This document shows, piece by piece, positions 9,978 through 20,465 of a DNA stretch of 64,000 nucleotides. Position 1 is the stretch's first letter; each line of letters opens with the position of its first letter. Made by a program: the position numbers and the translations under genes. The notes beneath the pieces were generated by a model that saw only the letters and a program-made list of their open reading frames with translations, was not told the origin of the DNA and did not search any database. This DNA is from a virus. The stretch covers positions 43,006-107,005 of IMG/VR virus record IMGVR_UViG_3300025121_000027. The stretch is one strand, 5' to 3'.

Positions 9978-11430
9978 ACTTGCGGCTTTATGCCTGTTAC
10001 TGCCGGCTGTCTGCCTCGGGGAAACGTACCTTGACTTTGAGGAGTTTCCCGTAACAACCGGCAGCGTACCTGGCGATTCAACAAATTGGGAGTATAGTTC
10101 AAACACTACAAACAACTACCCAGCGAATGTCGAGTCTAACACTTCTGGATGGAAAACGAAGAGTTATTTATCCGATGGGTATAATTGGTTTTACAGGGTC
10201 CAATCTTTTCAGGGTGATGGGTGTGATGACCATTATGGCCTAAAGACCTTCGGATACTTAACGATTTCATCAAATGGGTATACCGGAAATGCTCTCCAAT
10301 ACACCGTAACAGGTGGTCTTAGGGACGGAAATTGCTCCACGCTCTATGGCACCGAACTATATTGCAGAGAGCAGTATAGCGGGCCTGAAGATGTCTATAC
10401 ATCTGGCGAAATCGGGCATCCTTATATCTATTTCAAAAAGCTGAATAGCACATTGACGGCGCGGAACACGTCGGCTTTTTCTCAGATCACAGATAAAAAC
10501 AGGTGGTCAGTTTATGTTTATCTGCCGAGTGGGTATGATAATGGGGCTGGTGGTAGTTCGCCGGTAGGTGCTTCTGCTGTTAGCAAGACTTCGCAGGTTG
10601 GTATATTCCGCGACCCTGCCAGCACCGCGTATCATCATTATTTCAACTTCTGCACGCAGGGCGGTGGTTGGGCAAAGTTCCAAATAGAAGAAACCACCAA
10701 CGGCGATAACGCTACAGACGGATCGACACGATACATCCCCAACCTCCTGACAAGCACATGGCAATTTTATATCACAACCTTGCCATATGCCGGAAATGCC
10801 ACTCCACCATATAATGTTCTTTACGATAATTTGTCTTTTGATTCGGACGCATACGCCAATCAGAACAACGAGACTATCTCGAACATCGCCATTATGTATA
10901 ACGGTAGCGGCGGGTGGGAAATTTCACTGAATGATAAATATAAAGATGCGACGACTGTCCGCTCGTATGCGACCTATGAACTTCGTTACTCCTTGTCAGG
11001 AGCTATAACAAACGAGAATTGGAATAGTGCCACTCCCGCTCAAATTACAGCAGACAGTAGATTCAGAATCCTCGCTCGGACTGACGGAAAATTCCAGAAG
11101 TGGGTAACGTACAGTCAATTTGTGTGGGCTCCATTTACCTTAGAGGTAGAAGACACGGCAGCTTTAACAGGTGGATCAACTGTGTACTTCGCGGTTAAAG
11201 ATATTAGTCAAAATCCGGCAGATTTAACAGACCCAGTTGACGGAATCAACGGCTATTGGGCGACAAGCCAAGGCGGTAGAGATTATGTCGCTCAGTCAGC
11301 ATACTTCGATTATGCGAACGACGAAGCCGCATTACCACTGATAAAAAGGATCAGCTACACCATCGCGGGGGTCGGAATCCGCCGCATGTCCGGCTCAGGC
11401 GCAGTAATACGCGGAGGAAGTTATAGATAG
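9955..11430 (+). CDS. Signal-peptide-bearing beta-rich exported-type protein
   Basis: Hydrophobic N-terminus ending AVCLG; YELRYS...ITNENWNSAT...YFAVK FN3-like segment. Confidence 0.6.
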   Translation: MMLRILIKLAALCLLLPAVCLGETYLDFEEFPVTTGSVPGDSTNWEYSSNTTNNYPANVESNTSGWKTKSYLSDGYNWFYRVQSFQGDGCDDHYGLKTFGYLTISSNGYTGNALQYTVTGGLRDGNCSTLYGTELYCREQYSGPEDVYTSGEIGHPYIYFKKLNSTLTARNTSAFSQITDKNRWSVYVYLPSGYDNGAGGSSPVGASAVSKTSQVGIFRDPASTAYHHYFNFCTQGGGWAKFQIEETTNGDNATDGSTRYIPNLLTSTWQFYITTLPYAGNATPPYNVLYDNLSFDSDAYANQNNETISNIAIMYNGSGGWEISLNDKYKDATTVRSYATYELRYSLSGAITNENWNSATPAQITADSRFRILARTDGKFQKWVTYSQFVWAPFTLEVEDTAALTGGSTVYFAVKDISQNPADLTDPVDGINGYWATSQGGRDYVAQSAYFDYANDEAALPLIKRISYTIAGVGIRRMSGSGAVIRGGSYR

Positions 11431-11484
11431 AAAGGCGAACATGAAATGAATAGCAGCAACTTTTACTTTTAGGACATTAAAATA

Positions 11485-11934
11485 ATGTTTTATCTTATAT
11501 CTTCAGAAGCAATAAGAAAAGAGTTGAAACAGTTTGATATCTTCTTTGGAAAGAAGATATCAACAACTGAAAGTTTACTTGATACAAAATTTATTCTCTT
11601 ATCAAAAGAAGAACTAAAAGAAACAATACAATGGGCTAATGGTAGAATAGCAGAAAATTACAATGTAAAACCAGAAGAAGTAAAGAGTTTGTGGAAATCA
11701 TTGAAACATGATTGTGATGATTTTGCTAACGAACTTTGTACTTTTTCAAATATGCGTTTTGCTTTAATGAAAGAAGCAACTGCTTCACCAGCAATTTTTA
11801 GAGTGATAGTAGATAGAAATCCACTTCCTCATGCTTTCAATATGTGTTTTACACAGCAAGGAATTTGGTATGCTGATCTTTCAAGAGGTGTAGATATATG
11901 GCAGGAAAATCCAACCATATTAGGATTCGGATGA
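11485..11934 (+). CDS. Papain/transglutaminase-like cysteine protease domain protein
   Basis: HDCDDFA ... PHAFN catalytic-type motifs. Confidence 0.55.
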   Translation: MFYLISSEAIRKELKQFDIFFGKKISTTESLLDTKFILLSKEELKETIQWANGRIAENYNVKPEEVKSLWKSLKHDCDDFANELCTFSNMRFALMKEATASPAIFRVIVDRNPLPHAFNMCFTQQGIWYADLSRGVDIWQENPTILGFG

Positions 11935-12761
11935 TGAAAAAGTATTTTATCATATCTTTTTTTATTCTACTTTGCGCTTGCGGAAAACAATACCAATTAG
12001 AGCGTACTGGTGTAGAGTTCGATGCAGACAACGATAATGTGTTCGACGACTCTTTCAAATTTGACGTGGATAATCTCTACGACGACGGCTCGGCGTTGTC
12101 TGCGGATATTCTTGCTTTACTTAAAGCAGACTCTGCTGCTGACACGGGAATAGCATTTTTCACAAATGCAAACGCTACGACTATTTTTGGGTTCACTTAC
12201 ACCGATCTTGATTTCGGCGCATTTACTGGCTCGACGATTCCAGACGATAGCGATGCGAAGGAAGCATTTCAAGCCCTTGAAACAGAAGTAGAGACAAAAG
12301 CAGACACCACAGGAACGGTTGGGGCTTTTACTCTTGCCGATCAAACAAGCCAAATAGTGGACTTTCTCAGCCTGACCGCTGGCGAAGCGATTACGGCAGG
12401 AAATCCCGTTTATGCCAAATGGGACGCCGGATTGGAAGAGATATGTATTTTTGCATACGACGCAGACGCGGCAGACGCGGCAGACTTCTTTATGCTTGGA
12501 ATAGCAAGCTCAAGCGCAAGCGCAGAAGCCGCAGTACAAGTATGGGTTGGCAAAGCGATGCTGATGAGACGCGATACCTTTTCTTTCCCCACGGCCACTT
12601 ACGGAAAGCCATTGTGGTCAACGACTACGGCGGGTGGGATTAGTTCAACACCACCTCCAACAGCCGGAGATCATGTAATCAAAATTGGTACTGCCGTTGC
12701 AGCAAACTACATTCTGTATCGCTTCAGTATTGATGATACTCAACGGGAGCCAGCCCCATGA
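11931..12761 (+). CDS. Predicted lipoprotein with a C-terminal capsid-cement-like (DUF2190-like) domain
   Basis: MMKKYFIISFFILLCAC lipobox-like start; AGEAITAGNPVY...GKPLW...AGGISST...KIGTAV. Confidence 0.55.
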   Translation: MMKKYFIISFFILLCACGKQYQLERTGVEFDADNDNVFDDSFKFDVDNLYDDGSALSADILALLKADSAADTGIAFFTNANATTIFGFTYTDLDFGAFTGSTIPDDSDAKEAFQALETEVETKADTTGTVGAFTLADQTSQIVDFLSLTAGEAITAGNPVYAKWDAGLEEICIFAYDADAADAADFFMLGIASSSASAEAAVQVWVGKAMLMRRDTFSFPTATYGKPLWSTTTAGGISSTPPPTAGDHVIKIGTAVAANYILYRFSIDDTQREPAP

Positions 12762-15451
12762 AGTATATCCTATCTCTTATTTTTTTACTCTTCGCGGCTC
12801 AAGCAAGTGCTGCAACCTATTACGTTACTCAAAGCGGAGATGGTTCTGGCGATGGTTCCACCTTAGGAAACGCCGCGAGCATAGCAACCCACAATGCCGG
12901 GACAGGGGTATTTGCCGACCTATCCGGCGATACCGTGAGCATGTCGGGAAATATCACAACAACCCTTCAAGCACGAACCGGAGCCACCTATGGCGGCACG
13001 GCTACCTTTACCACTTACAGCGCGAATTCCACTTCAATAAATATCTCCGGCGTCAGCAACGTCACGGTTCAAGACACCACAGTAGATTGGGACCACACCA
13101 CGGCGATGGGTTCGACCCTTATCAACTTGTATGGTATCAGGGTTATAAACAGCTCCAATATCTCAATTGATCATAATACCATCACCGAAACGCCCAATGC
13201 GATCCTTATTTATACTGATTCTGACACAGTGAGCATCACCCGCAATACTTTCCAAAGAAATACTGAAACCGGCATTTTCATGACGGCGACCTGGGACCAC
13301 CCGATAACCAACGTCACCATCGGCGGTTCGGCGGTCAACGCTAATACTTTTATCGAGAACACCTATAAGACTCTTTGGGGCAGTAATACAGTAGGTTACG
13401 ACATTCGGGCCGATCAATCTACTTCTCATTTGGTTGTCAGCCACAACCATCACTACTCCAATACCGCCAACTACATGATGTCCGCGCTACTTTTGCATGG
13501 GACTAAAAACGTGCTGGTCGAACACAACAAGATGCACGCCAACCGCGCTTTCAACGCAAGGCCGATGATCTCTATCAAGGGAGCGGACACCGCAACGACG
13601 ACAGACGCTTATAAGGCTCCATATAATATCATTATTCGCTTTAATGAGTTGTGGGACTTGGACGTAGCGTTGAATCCGTACACCGCTCCGGCTCAAGATG
13701 GTATATCGGTATCCGGCAACTGGCACGACATTTATATTTACGGCAACTGGATTCGTGACGCCGATATGGGGATTGATTTTAACCCCGGCAACTGGTCGTC
13801 TCCTGCGACAGATACAGACGGGGTGCATGTTTACAATGGGTTTGTTTGGGCCAATATAATTCAGGATTCCGTAACTGGCTTGTCGATCACTGAATACTCC
13901 GCGACTGACCGTTTCCAAAAGATTTACTACCTAAACAACACCGTCCACAATGCTGGCGCGTTTTTATTGGCAGCATCAGGCAATCGCCTGGAAAACGTCT
14001 ATGTGAAGAACAACATAATCCACACTTCTCCGAACGGTTCTTATACTTTCCGCGCTCCCGTTCCGACAAGCTACACGGTTGAAACAGATTATAATATGCA
14101 CTGGCCCTCAAGCCATGCCAATGTATACTGGCAAAATTCTGCCTCTTGTACTCCGTGCGCTTATAATTCTGCCAATGTACCAACAGGCCAAGGAGACAAT
14201 GACCTTTCAGCCGACCCTCTGTGGATGAACTGGCACCCAGGAGATTATCGACTTTCGGTCGGCTCCACGGCTATCGGCGCAGGCGTGACAGTAGCAAATA
14301 CAGATCTACCATCATTTGACAATCTAATTACGATTCAAGGTGTTACATATTGTAATAATAGTAGCGGCTCTTGCGATCAACTCTTATCTTTCGGCTATGG
14401 CCTGGGGGATGACTCTACTTTGACCATGGAGAGTTACGCTCCAACCTGGACGGCCAGATCGGGGGCATGGGACTTGGGCGCAGTTCTTCACGGTGGATCG
14501 GAAGCAGATATAACCCCACCAACGGTAACGAGCGCAACGATTGATTCGACCGGACTTTTACTGACCATTTTATTTGATGAGTCCTGCACTGGGAATGCCG
14601 GGTTTACTATCACGCCGTCTGGTGGCGCGGCCACACTGACCTATGCCAGCGGGACCGGGCCAAATCGAGTTTATGATATATCCCGCGCTATCGACTATGA
14701 CGAAACCGTTACCTTTTCTTATACAGCCGGTGATGTTGAGGACATAGCAACCAACGCACTCGCGACCATTACTACCGTAGCCGTTGTAAACAACTCCAAT
14801 GAGGGATATACGGCGGCAACGGGATTGATTCGGAACAAAGTGCCTGACCCGGTTTGTAACCTTGTGACAAACCCCACAATTAATAAAGTGGCATATGCTC
14901 CAGCGCCGTCACCTACTCCGTCATATGCATGTTCCGAAACTGCATACAGATCAGTTACACAAAGCGGAACACTCAAAGACTCTCTTGCTGATAGCTATCT
15001 GAGAATATTTTGGGGGCAAGTAATTACAGCCGGGGAAGCTGACAGGGATATTTGCACAGTCACTTGGGACATTTCCAGAACAGCGGGAGATACCAGTAGT
15101 AAAACGTATGTCACCGAAATCTGGTCACTCGGTGGAAGCAACGAACTTGATACTCTCTTGGGCCAGTCCGATACATTGACCGGGTTCAATTCTGCGTCCA
15201 CAACAAGAGTCACTTTTACTTTCAGCCCCGCCGTAACAGCAGCAGCGGGCAACGCTATAATTTTGCGAAGGTACAACACAACAGATGGAGATGCTTCAAA
15301 CTATATCTCGGTGCATTACGTGTCCTCAAATGCTGATAGCAGCTACAGTTCAAAGGCCAGATGGCGTGATACGGGTGCGCTTGGCACGTCGGGGATTGAA
15401 ACCACGGTGGATTTAAGTGGAACATTCCACGCGTACGTTTTGGTAGAATAG
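12758..15451 (+). CDS. Signal-peptide-bearing right-handed beta-helix (pectate-lyase-like) protein
   Basis: AAQASA|ATYYV; repeated N.(T/L)I..N beta-helix turns; DP...GDYRL..GS.AIGAG and WDLGA motifs; C-terminal Ig-like domains. Confidence 0.8.
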   Translation: MKYILSLIFLLFAAQASAATYYVTQSGDGSGDGSTLGNAASIATHNAGTGVFADLSGDTVSMSGNITTTLQARTGATYGGTATFTTYSANSTSINISGVSNVTVQDTTVDWDHTTAMGSTLINLYGIRVINSSNISIDHNTITETPNAILIYTDSDTVSITRNTFQRNTETGIFMTATWDHPITNVTIGGSAVNANTFIENTYKTLWGSNTVGYDIRADQSTSHLVVSHNHHYSNTANYMMSALLLHGTKNVLVEHNKMHANRAFNARPMISIKGADTATTTDAYKAPYNIIIRFNELWDLDVALNPYTAPAQDGISVSGNWHDIYIYGNWIRDADMGIDFNPGNWSSPATDTDGVHVYNGFVWANIIQDSVTGLSITEYSATDRFQKIYYLNNTVHNAGAFLLAASGNRLENVYVKNNIIHTSPNGSYTFRAPVPTSYTVETDYNMHWPSSHANVYWQNSASCTPCAYNSANVPTGQGDNDLSADPLWMNWHPGDYRLSVGSTAIGAGVTVANTDLPSFDNLITIQGVTYCNNSSGSCDQLLSFGYGLGDDSTLTMESYAPTWTARSGAWDLGAVLHGGSEADITPPTVTSATIDSTGLLLTILFDESCTGNAGFTITPSGGAATLTYASGTGPNRVYDISRAIDYDETVTFSYTAGDVEDIATNALATITTVAVVNNSNEGYTAATGLIRNKVPDPVCNLVTNPTINKVAYAPAPSPTPSYACSETAYRSVTQSGTLKDSLADSYLRIFWGQVITAGEADRDICTVTWDISRTAGDTSSKTYVTEIWSLGGSNELDTLLGQSDTLTGFNSASTTRVTFTFSPAVTAAAGNAIILRRYNTTDGDASNYISVHYVSSNADSSYSSKARWRDTGALGTSGIETTVDLSGTFHAYVLVE

Positions 15452-15459
15452 GAGATTAA

Positions 15460-16068
15460 ATGCAATATCTCTGGTTCATACTTCTTCTTGCTATCTATAC
15501 ACCTTCACAGGCAGCACAGGTGGTGCTCCAATGGGATGCTAATAATCCTACGCCGCAGGGCTACCGTATTTTCCAGCGGTCTGAAAATGGGCAGTATAAC
15601 TATCTTCAACCTGTATGGACTGGCACGGCTACTACAACTACTATAGAGAATTTATTTGAAGGTGTTCCGTATTACTTTGTAGCTCGCGCCTTTGTTGGTT
15701 CCGATGAAAGTGGAGACTCAAACGAAGTTATGTTTATTGCTCCTGTTATTCCAATTCCAGTAATTACTCCAGTTCCAAGCTCGGAGCCAACTCCAATGCC
15801 TCCGAAGTGCTTCCCGATTTCTGGATCAGCTGGATTTATTTCTACCATTGCTCCTGGTGAATATACTATCAAAGACAATGGTAAACTGTGGACATTGACT
15901 ATTGTTGATGTACTACCAAAGACTAACTTTTCCGGCAATATCATTACCAAGACGTTTCACAGAGAAGAGTGTAGATACTATAAATGTTTAACATGCACCG
16001 CTAATTTTGTGACCAGAGAAGCAGCTATTGCAGCAGGATATAAACCGTGCGGAACGTGTAAGCCATAA
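15460..16068 (+). CDS. Signal peptide + fibronectin type III + Pro linker + Ada-like metal-binding domain
   Basis: LQWD...GYRIF...YYFVARA...ESGDSNEV; FHREEC...TREAAIAAGYKPCGTCKP. Confidence 0.75.
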   Translation: MQYLWFILLLAIYTPSQAAQVVLQWDANNPTPQGYRIFQRSENGQYNYLQPVWTGTATTTTIENLFEGVPYYFVARAFVGSDESGDSNEVMFIAPVIPIPVITPVPSSEPTPMPPKCFPISGSAGFISTIAPGEYTIKDNGKLWTLTIVDVLPKTNFSGNIITKTFHREECRYYKCLTCTANFVTREAAIAAGYKPCGTCKP

Positions 16069-16087
16069 AAGTATAGGAGATTGGAAG

Positions 16088-16342
16088 ATGGGGTTTGATA
16101 AGTTAAGCGATGCAAAAATAAAATTGCTTCAGTGGATGATAGGAATACTTCTAACAACTCTGACAATTAGTGGCGCATGGACAATGCAGCAAATTTATCA
16201 ACTTAAATGCGATCTACCAAAAGAGTATGTTATGCTTGAAAGATATCAAGCGGATCATAACTCGTTAGAAAGAAGCATAGATAATATAGATAAAAAGTTG
16301 GATAGATTAATAGAGAGAAGCGGTTGTATTGATAAGCAATAA
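16088..16342 (+). CDS. Small membrane/coiled-coil protein (holin- or XhlA-like)
   Basis: One TM segment then IDNIDKKLDRLIE; start refined to the ATG after AGGAG. Confidence 0.5.
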   Translation: MGFDKLSDAKIKLLQWMIGILLTTLTISGAWTMQQIYQLKCDLPKEYVMLERYQADHNSLERSIDNIDKKLDRLIERSGCIDKQ

Positions 16343-16357
16343 AAAAGGAATACGGTT

Positions 16358-18859
16358 TTGACAATCTTCTCTAAAATATTTGGATCGAAAAACAAAAAAG
16401 AAAGTCGAATAGCTCGCTTGCTATTTTCTTCTGGTGGCGGTGCTATTTATAGTGAAAAGAACTATGAAAATTTCAGCAGAGAAACATATCTAAAAAATGT
16501 GATTGGTTTTAGATGTATTCTTGAAATTGCTCAAGCTTGTTCTTTTGTGGATTGGTATCTTGAAAAAAGAATATCTCAAGATCAAACAGAAATAGTAACA
16601 GATCATGAAGTAAATAATTTGCTACATAGACCAAATAGAGATAACTCTTGGTCTATGTTAATGTATAGATCGGCGGCATTTCTTGCTTTATCTGGTAATA
16701 CTTTTTTTGAGAAAGTACGATTACAAACAAGAAATGCAAAGTTTCCTTCTGAAATGTATGTACTTAGACCAGATAGAATTACTTTGGTTCCAGGCGATAA
16801 TGGAAGATTAAAACAATACGAATATACTACAAATCAAGGCAAAGAATATTTTGATATAGACCCTATAACTAATGAATGTGATTTACTTCATGTTCATACT
16901 TTTCATCCAACAAATGATTTTTGGGGCGCTGGTCCGGTTGAGCCAGCAAGTAGAGAAATAGATATCTCCAACGAAACAACTGATTGGAACATGTCTTTGA
17001 TTCGCAATCAGGGGCGACCAGGGATGGTTTTTACTATTGTTGGAGATATGGGAGATGATGATTTTGCAGCTTTTGAAAGAACTTTAAATGAAAAATTTAC
17101 TGGCCCATCTAATGCCGGAAAGAATATAGTAATTACAGGAGACAATGGAACAAAAGCAGAACCTTATTCTTTTACTCCACAAGAGATGGAGTTTGTAGAA
17201 GGAAGCAGAGAATCGGCAAGAAGAATTGCTTTATCTTTTGGTGTTCCGCCTATGCTTCTTGGTGTTCCTGGGGATAACACGTATTGTTTGCCTGCTGATG
17301 CAACAATATCTACTCCTAAAGGGCCAAAAGAGATTGTAAATCTTTCAAAAGGCGATTTTGTTTATTCTCTTGTAGATGGACAAATGAAGGCTATGTCTGT
17401 TTCTTGGCAAGGCAAGGTCGGCAGGAAACAACTTTATAAAGTAAAAACTAAGAATAGAGAAGTTGTTGCTACTTCTAATCATCCTTTTCTTGTTCGAGAA
17501 TCATTTAAAATTGAATCTCCTAATATTGGAAAAAGGCGCAGTAAAGAAATTGAATATCGTCTTGTCTATAAGGAACTTAAAGACATTAAAGTTGGCGATG
17601 TATTAGTTCAAGCCAGTAGCCTGCCAACTTTTGAGGAAAGCAATCCTTATAATATCTCTATAGAAGAGATGGAACTTTTAGGACTTTATCTCGGAGATGG
17701 GTATTGTTCTAAGCCGGTAATGATTGGAGACGGCAAAGGATATAAAAGAGGCGGTAGTTTTATTATAGCGGCAAGTCCAAATGCTTCTTATAGAAATTAT
17801 TATTTAAACATAGTGCAAAAACTTACTGGATCAGAAGGCCACATCGGGAAAAATTGTGTTGCTTTTGGAAGTTCTTCATATGTCAGGCGCATAGATTATC
17901 TTGGCTTTAGCGGTACTGCTCATCAAAAAAGAATACCGGAGTGGGTATTCTCGATGCCAGAAGAATATAAGCTTGCTTTACTTAGAGGTTTGATTGATTC
18001 TGATGGCAGTATTGATAAGAATGGCAGAGCTTCTTTTGCACTTTGTAATAAAAACCTTATCAAAGACATATGGAGCCTTTGTTTATCTTGTAGTTTGCAA
18101 GTCGGAAGTGTTTGTACAAGAGAAAGAGAAGCAACACTTCCGAATGGCAAAAAATTTAATCAAATATATCATATTTTTATGATTTCATGCGCTTCTGATG
18201 TTGCTAAAATAGGAACGCATACGACAGTTTATAAAGAAAGAATACAGGCTAATGTTTTTAAAGATAAAAAGCAACTTCTTTCTGCTACTGGAGGCAATTC
18301 GAGTTTTGAAAAAATTACTTCTCTTTTAAATACAAATGAGTTTCATTTTGCTAAAGTAGTTGATATAGAAAAGCAAGATGTTCAAGATGTTTATGACATT
18401 GAAGTAAATGGTAGCCACAATTTTATAGCCGAAGGCATTGTTGTTCATAACTCAAACCTCAAGGAAGCGCGTCAAGCATTTTATGAAGGAACAGTTCAAT
18501 TCTATTTAAATATGCTTTGTTCCGAATTAAACAATTGGTTGTTTAAGCCAGAGGATAAATTAGCTATCCGATATGATATGGATAATGTTCCCGCTCTTGA
18601 ACCAAGATGGGAAAGTAAATGGAAAAGAGCAGAGAACGCGGACTTCCTTACTATCAACGAAAAAAGAGAATTGACTGGTTATGAGAAGTATGAAGGTGGA
18701 GATGTAATTCTTGTTCCGATGGGGATGCAAACTCTTCAAATGGCAACTGAAGAAAAAGAAGAAGAAATAGAAAATATTGAAGATGATGCAAAAAAAGTAT
18801 CTGTAACTGATGAAGAGTTTGAACTTCTAATGGGTTTAAGAGAGAAATGGAATGAGTAA
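16358..18859 (+). CDS. HK97-family portal protein containing an intein
   Basis: LLHRPN, LSGN, LRPDR and FGVPP.LLG portal motifs; removing the intein restores GDNTY|SNLKEAR (444 aa). Confidence 0.93.
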   Translation: MTIFSKIFGSKNKKESRIARLLFSSGGGAIYSEKNYENFSRETYLKNVIGFRCILEIAQACSFVDWYLEKRISQDQTEIVTDHEVNNLLHRPNRDNSWSMLMYRSAAFLALSGNTFFEKVRLQTRNAKFPSEMYVLRPDRITLVPGDNGRLKQYEYTTNQGKEYFDIDPITNECDLLHVHTFHPTNDFWGAGPVEPASREIDISNETTDWNMSLIRNQGRPGMVFTIVGDMGDDDFAAFERTLNEKFTGPSNAGKNIVITGDNGTKAEPYSFTPQEMEFVEGSRESARRIALSFGVPPMLLGVPGDNTYCLPADATISTPKGPKEIVNLSKGDFVYSLVDGQMKAMSVSWQGKVGRKQLYKVKTKNREVVATSNHPFLVRESFKIESPNIGKRRSKEIEYRLVYKELKDIKVGDVLVQASSLPTFEESNPYNISIEEMELLGLYLGDGYCSKPVMIGDGKGYKRGGSFIIAASPNASYRNYYLNIVQKLTGSEGHIGKNCVAFGSSSYVRRIDYLGFSGTAHQKRIPEWVFSMPEEYKLALLRGLIDSDGSIDKNGRASFALCNKNLIKDIWSLCLSCSLQVGSVCTREREATLPNGKKFNQIYHIFMISCASDVAKIGTHTTVYKERIQANVFKDKKQLLSATGGNSSFEKITSLLNTNEFHFAKVVDIEKQDVQDVYDIEVNGSHNFIAEGIVVHNSNLKEARQAFYEGTVQFYLNMLCSELNNWLFKPEDKLAIRYDMDNVPALEPRWESKWKRAENADFLTINEKRELTGYEKYEGGDVILVPMGMQTLQMATEEKEEEIENIEDDAKKVSVTDEEFELLMGLREKWNE
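17285..18451 (+). mobile_element. LAGLIDADG intein (389 aa) in portal
   Basis: CLPADATI start, ATSNHPF, LLGLYLGDG and LLRGLIDSDG motifs, VYDIEV..SHNFIAEGIVVHN|S end. Confidence 0.93.
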
Positions 18860-19520
18860 AGTAGAAGTTTTTGAAGACTTAAATATAAATGATTTCCTGA
18901 AAGCCGGAAGAGCTAAAATTGGTTCTAATGATGGCTATACAGAGATAGAAGAAGATGGCACTCTTCGCTTTGATGGGGCTGCTGTTGTTTGGGATGATAT
19001 TAGAATAGTTCCTGGTGTTTTTGATTTTCCTGGCATTGCTGATCCGGTTCTTGATAACTGGCAACCAGGGGGGGCAGGAGCAACATATAAAGTATGGGTA
19101 TTTGCTCAAAATGACGAAGTACATACTACTGTTCAACTTCCACACAAATATAAAGAAGGCTCAGATATTTATGCTCATGTTCATTGGACACCAAGAACAA
19201 GAGGAAATGAAGAAATTGGAAAAACAGTTGCTTGGAAAATAGATGTTTCTTGGTCAAACAATGGAGAAGTATTTCCTTCATCTACAACGTATGATTTAAC
19301 CGATACTTGTACAGGTACAGATAATTTACACGAAAAGACTTCTGATGTTTTACTTAGTGGCGTAGATAAAAGAATATCTTCGATGCTTGAAATTAGATTA
19401 TATAGAGATGCAACCGATGATTGGGCAGGAGTATTAGCGGCGCAACTTCCAGCATTTCTTGAATTAGATTTTCATTTTCAAATTGATACAGCAGGAAGCA
19501 GAGAAAGTCATAGTAAATAA
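18852..19520 (+). CDS. Hypothetical virion-associated protein
   Basis: ORF between portal and minor head gene; QLPH.YKEG...HVHW motif. Confidence 0.55.
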   Translation: MSKVEVFEDLNINDFLKAGRAKIGSNDGYTEIEEDGTLRFDGAAVVWDDIRIVPGVFDFPGIADPVLDNWQPGGAGATYKVWVFAQNDEVHTTVQLPHKYKEGSDIYAHVHWTPRTRGNEEIGKTVAWKIDVSWSNNGEVFPSSTTYDLTDTCTGTDNLHEKTSDVLLSGVDKRISSMLEIRLYRDATDDWAGVLAAQLPAFLELDFHFQIDTAGSRESHSK

Positions 19521-20318
19521 ATGTTTAATGTTTCAGATGATAATGCAGCAAAATATCAAAAGTATTTACTGCGATTAATGGGTAAATTTGAAAGAGGCAT
19601 GATTCAAAGAATTTATCCAGTTCTTCAATCGACGTATGAAGAAGCATCTAAACTTGTAGAACATGGACAATCTGATTTTTCTATCGTTATAGAAAAACAT
19701 AGACAAGCAATGCAGAAACAATTACAGAAAGAATATGACAACCTATTAGCTTATTTTGGTACGTTTACTTTTGATCAATTTAAGAAAGCATACCAAAAAG
19801 AAATAACAGTTTTAGAGACAAAAGGAATGGAAGATATTTATTGGCAAAATATAAAACAGTGGTCTCAAATAAGTGTTTTATATAAGTCCAGAGAGATATC
19901 GAAAACAACGAACAAACTGATACAGTCCTTAATACGAAATGGAATGAGGGCTGGCTTATCTAATGCTGAGATAGTAAACGAGTTGATGGATAAAAGAAAG
20001 ACTTTTAACAAGGTAAGAGCTACAAGGATAGTAAGAACAGAAACACACTCGGCGGCAAACAAATCAATAGATGAAGCGGTAAGAAGCACCGGCTATGTTC
20101 ACGATAGAGTTTGGCGGGCAACATTAGATGATAGAGTTAGAGGGGCAAATCCAAAAGATAGATTTAATCATAAAATAGCAAATGGCCAAAAGAGAGATTT
20201 AAACACTCCTTTTGATGTATCTGGAGACAAGTTGATGTTTCCAGGTGATCCAAAAGGTAGAGCTGGAAATATTGTGAATTGTCGTTGCGTCACCAGCTAT
20301 CATACTAAAAGAGCATAG
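19521..20318 (+). CDS. Minor head morphogenesis protein (Mu F / SPP1 gp7 family)
   Basis: RATRIVRTET, W.ATLDDRVR..H, FPGDP...NIVNCRC. Confidence 0.9.
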   Translation: MFNVSDDNAAKYQKYLLRLMGKFERGMIQRIYPVLQSTYEEASKLVEHGQSDFSIVIEKHRQAMQKQLQKEYDNLLAYFGTFTFDQFKKAYQKEITVLETKGMEDIYWQNIKQWSQISVLYKSREISKTTNKLIQSLIRNGMRAGLSNAEIVNELMDKRKTFNKVRATRIVRTETHSAANKSIDEAVRSTGYVHDRVWRATLDDRVRGANPKDRFNHKIANGQKRDLNTPFDVSGDKLMFPGDPKGRAGNIVNCRCVTSYHTKRA

Positions 20319-20465
20319 TATTGTGCAAAATGAAGAAGATAAAGATAAAGAGAAAAAGAAATCATGCGACACTTGCGCTTATGTAGGTGTTGCATTTTGT
20401 GATAAATGTAAAGATTTCAGTCTTTGGTATCCAGGGGATAACAACAGCGATGAGGAGAAAAAAAG

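Noticed and set aside
12685-13170. 161-aa alternate-frame ORF and other short ORFs inside 8-15.5 kb
   Set aside because: Off-frame or antisense shadows within GC-richer long genes
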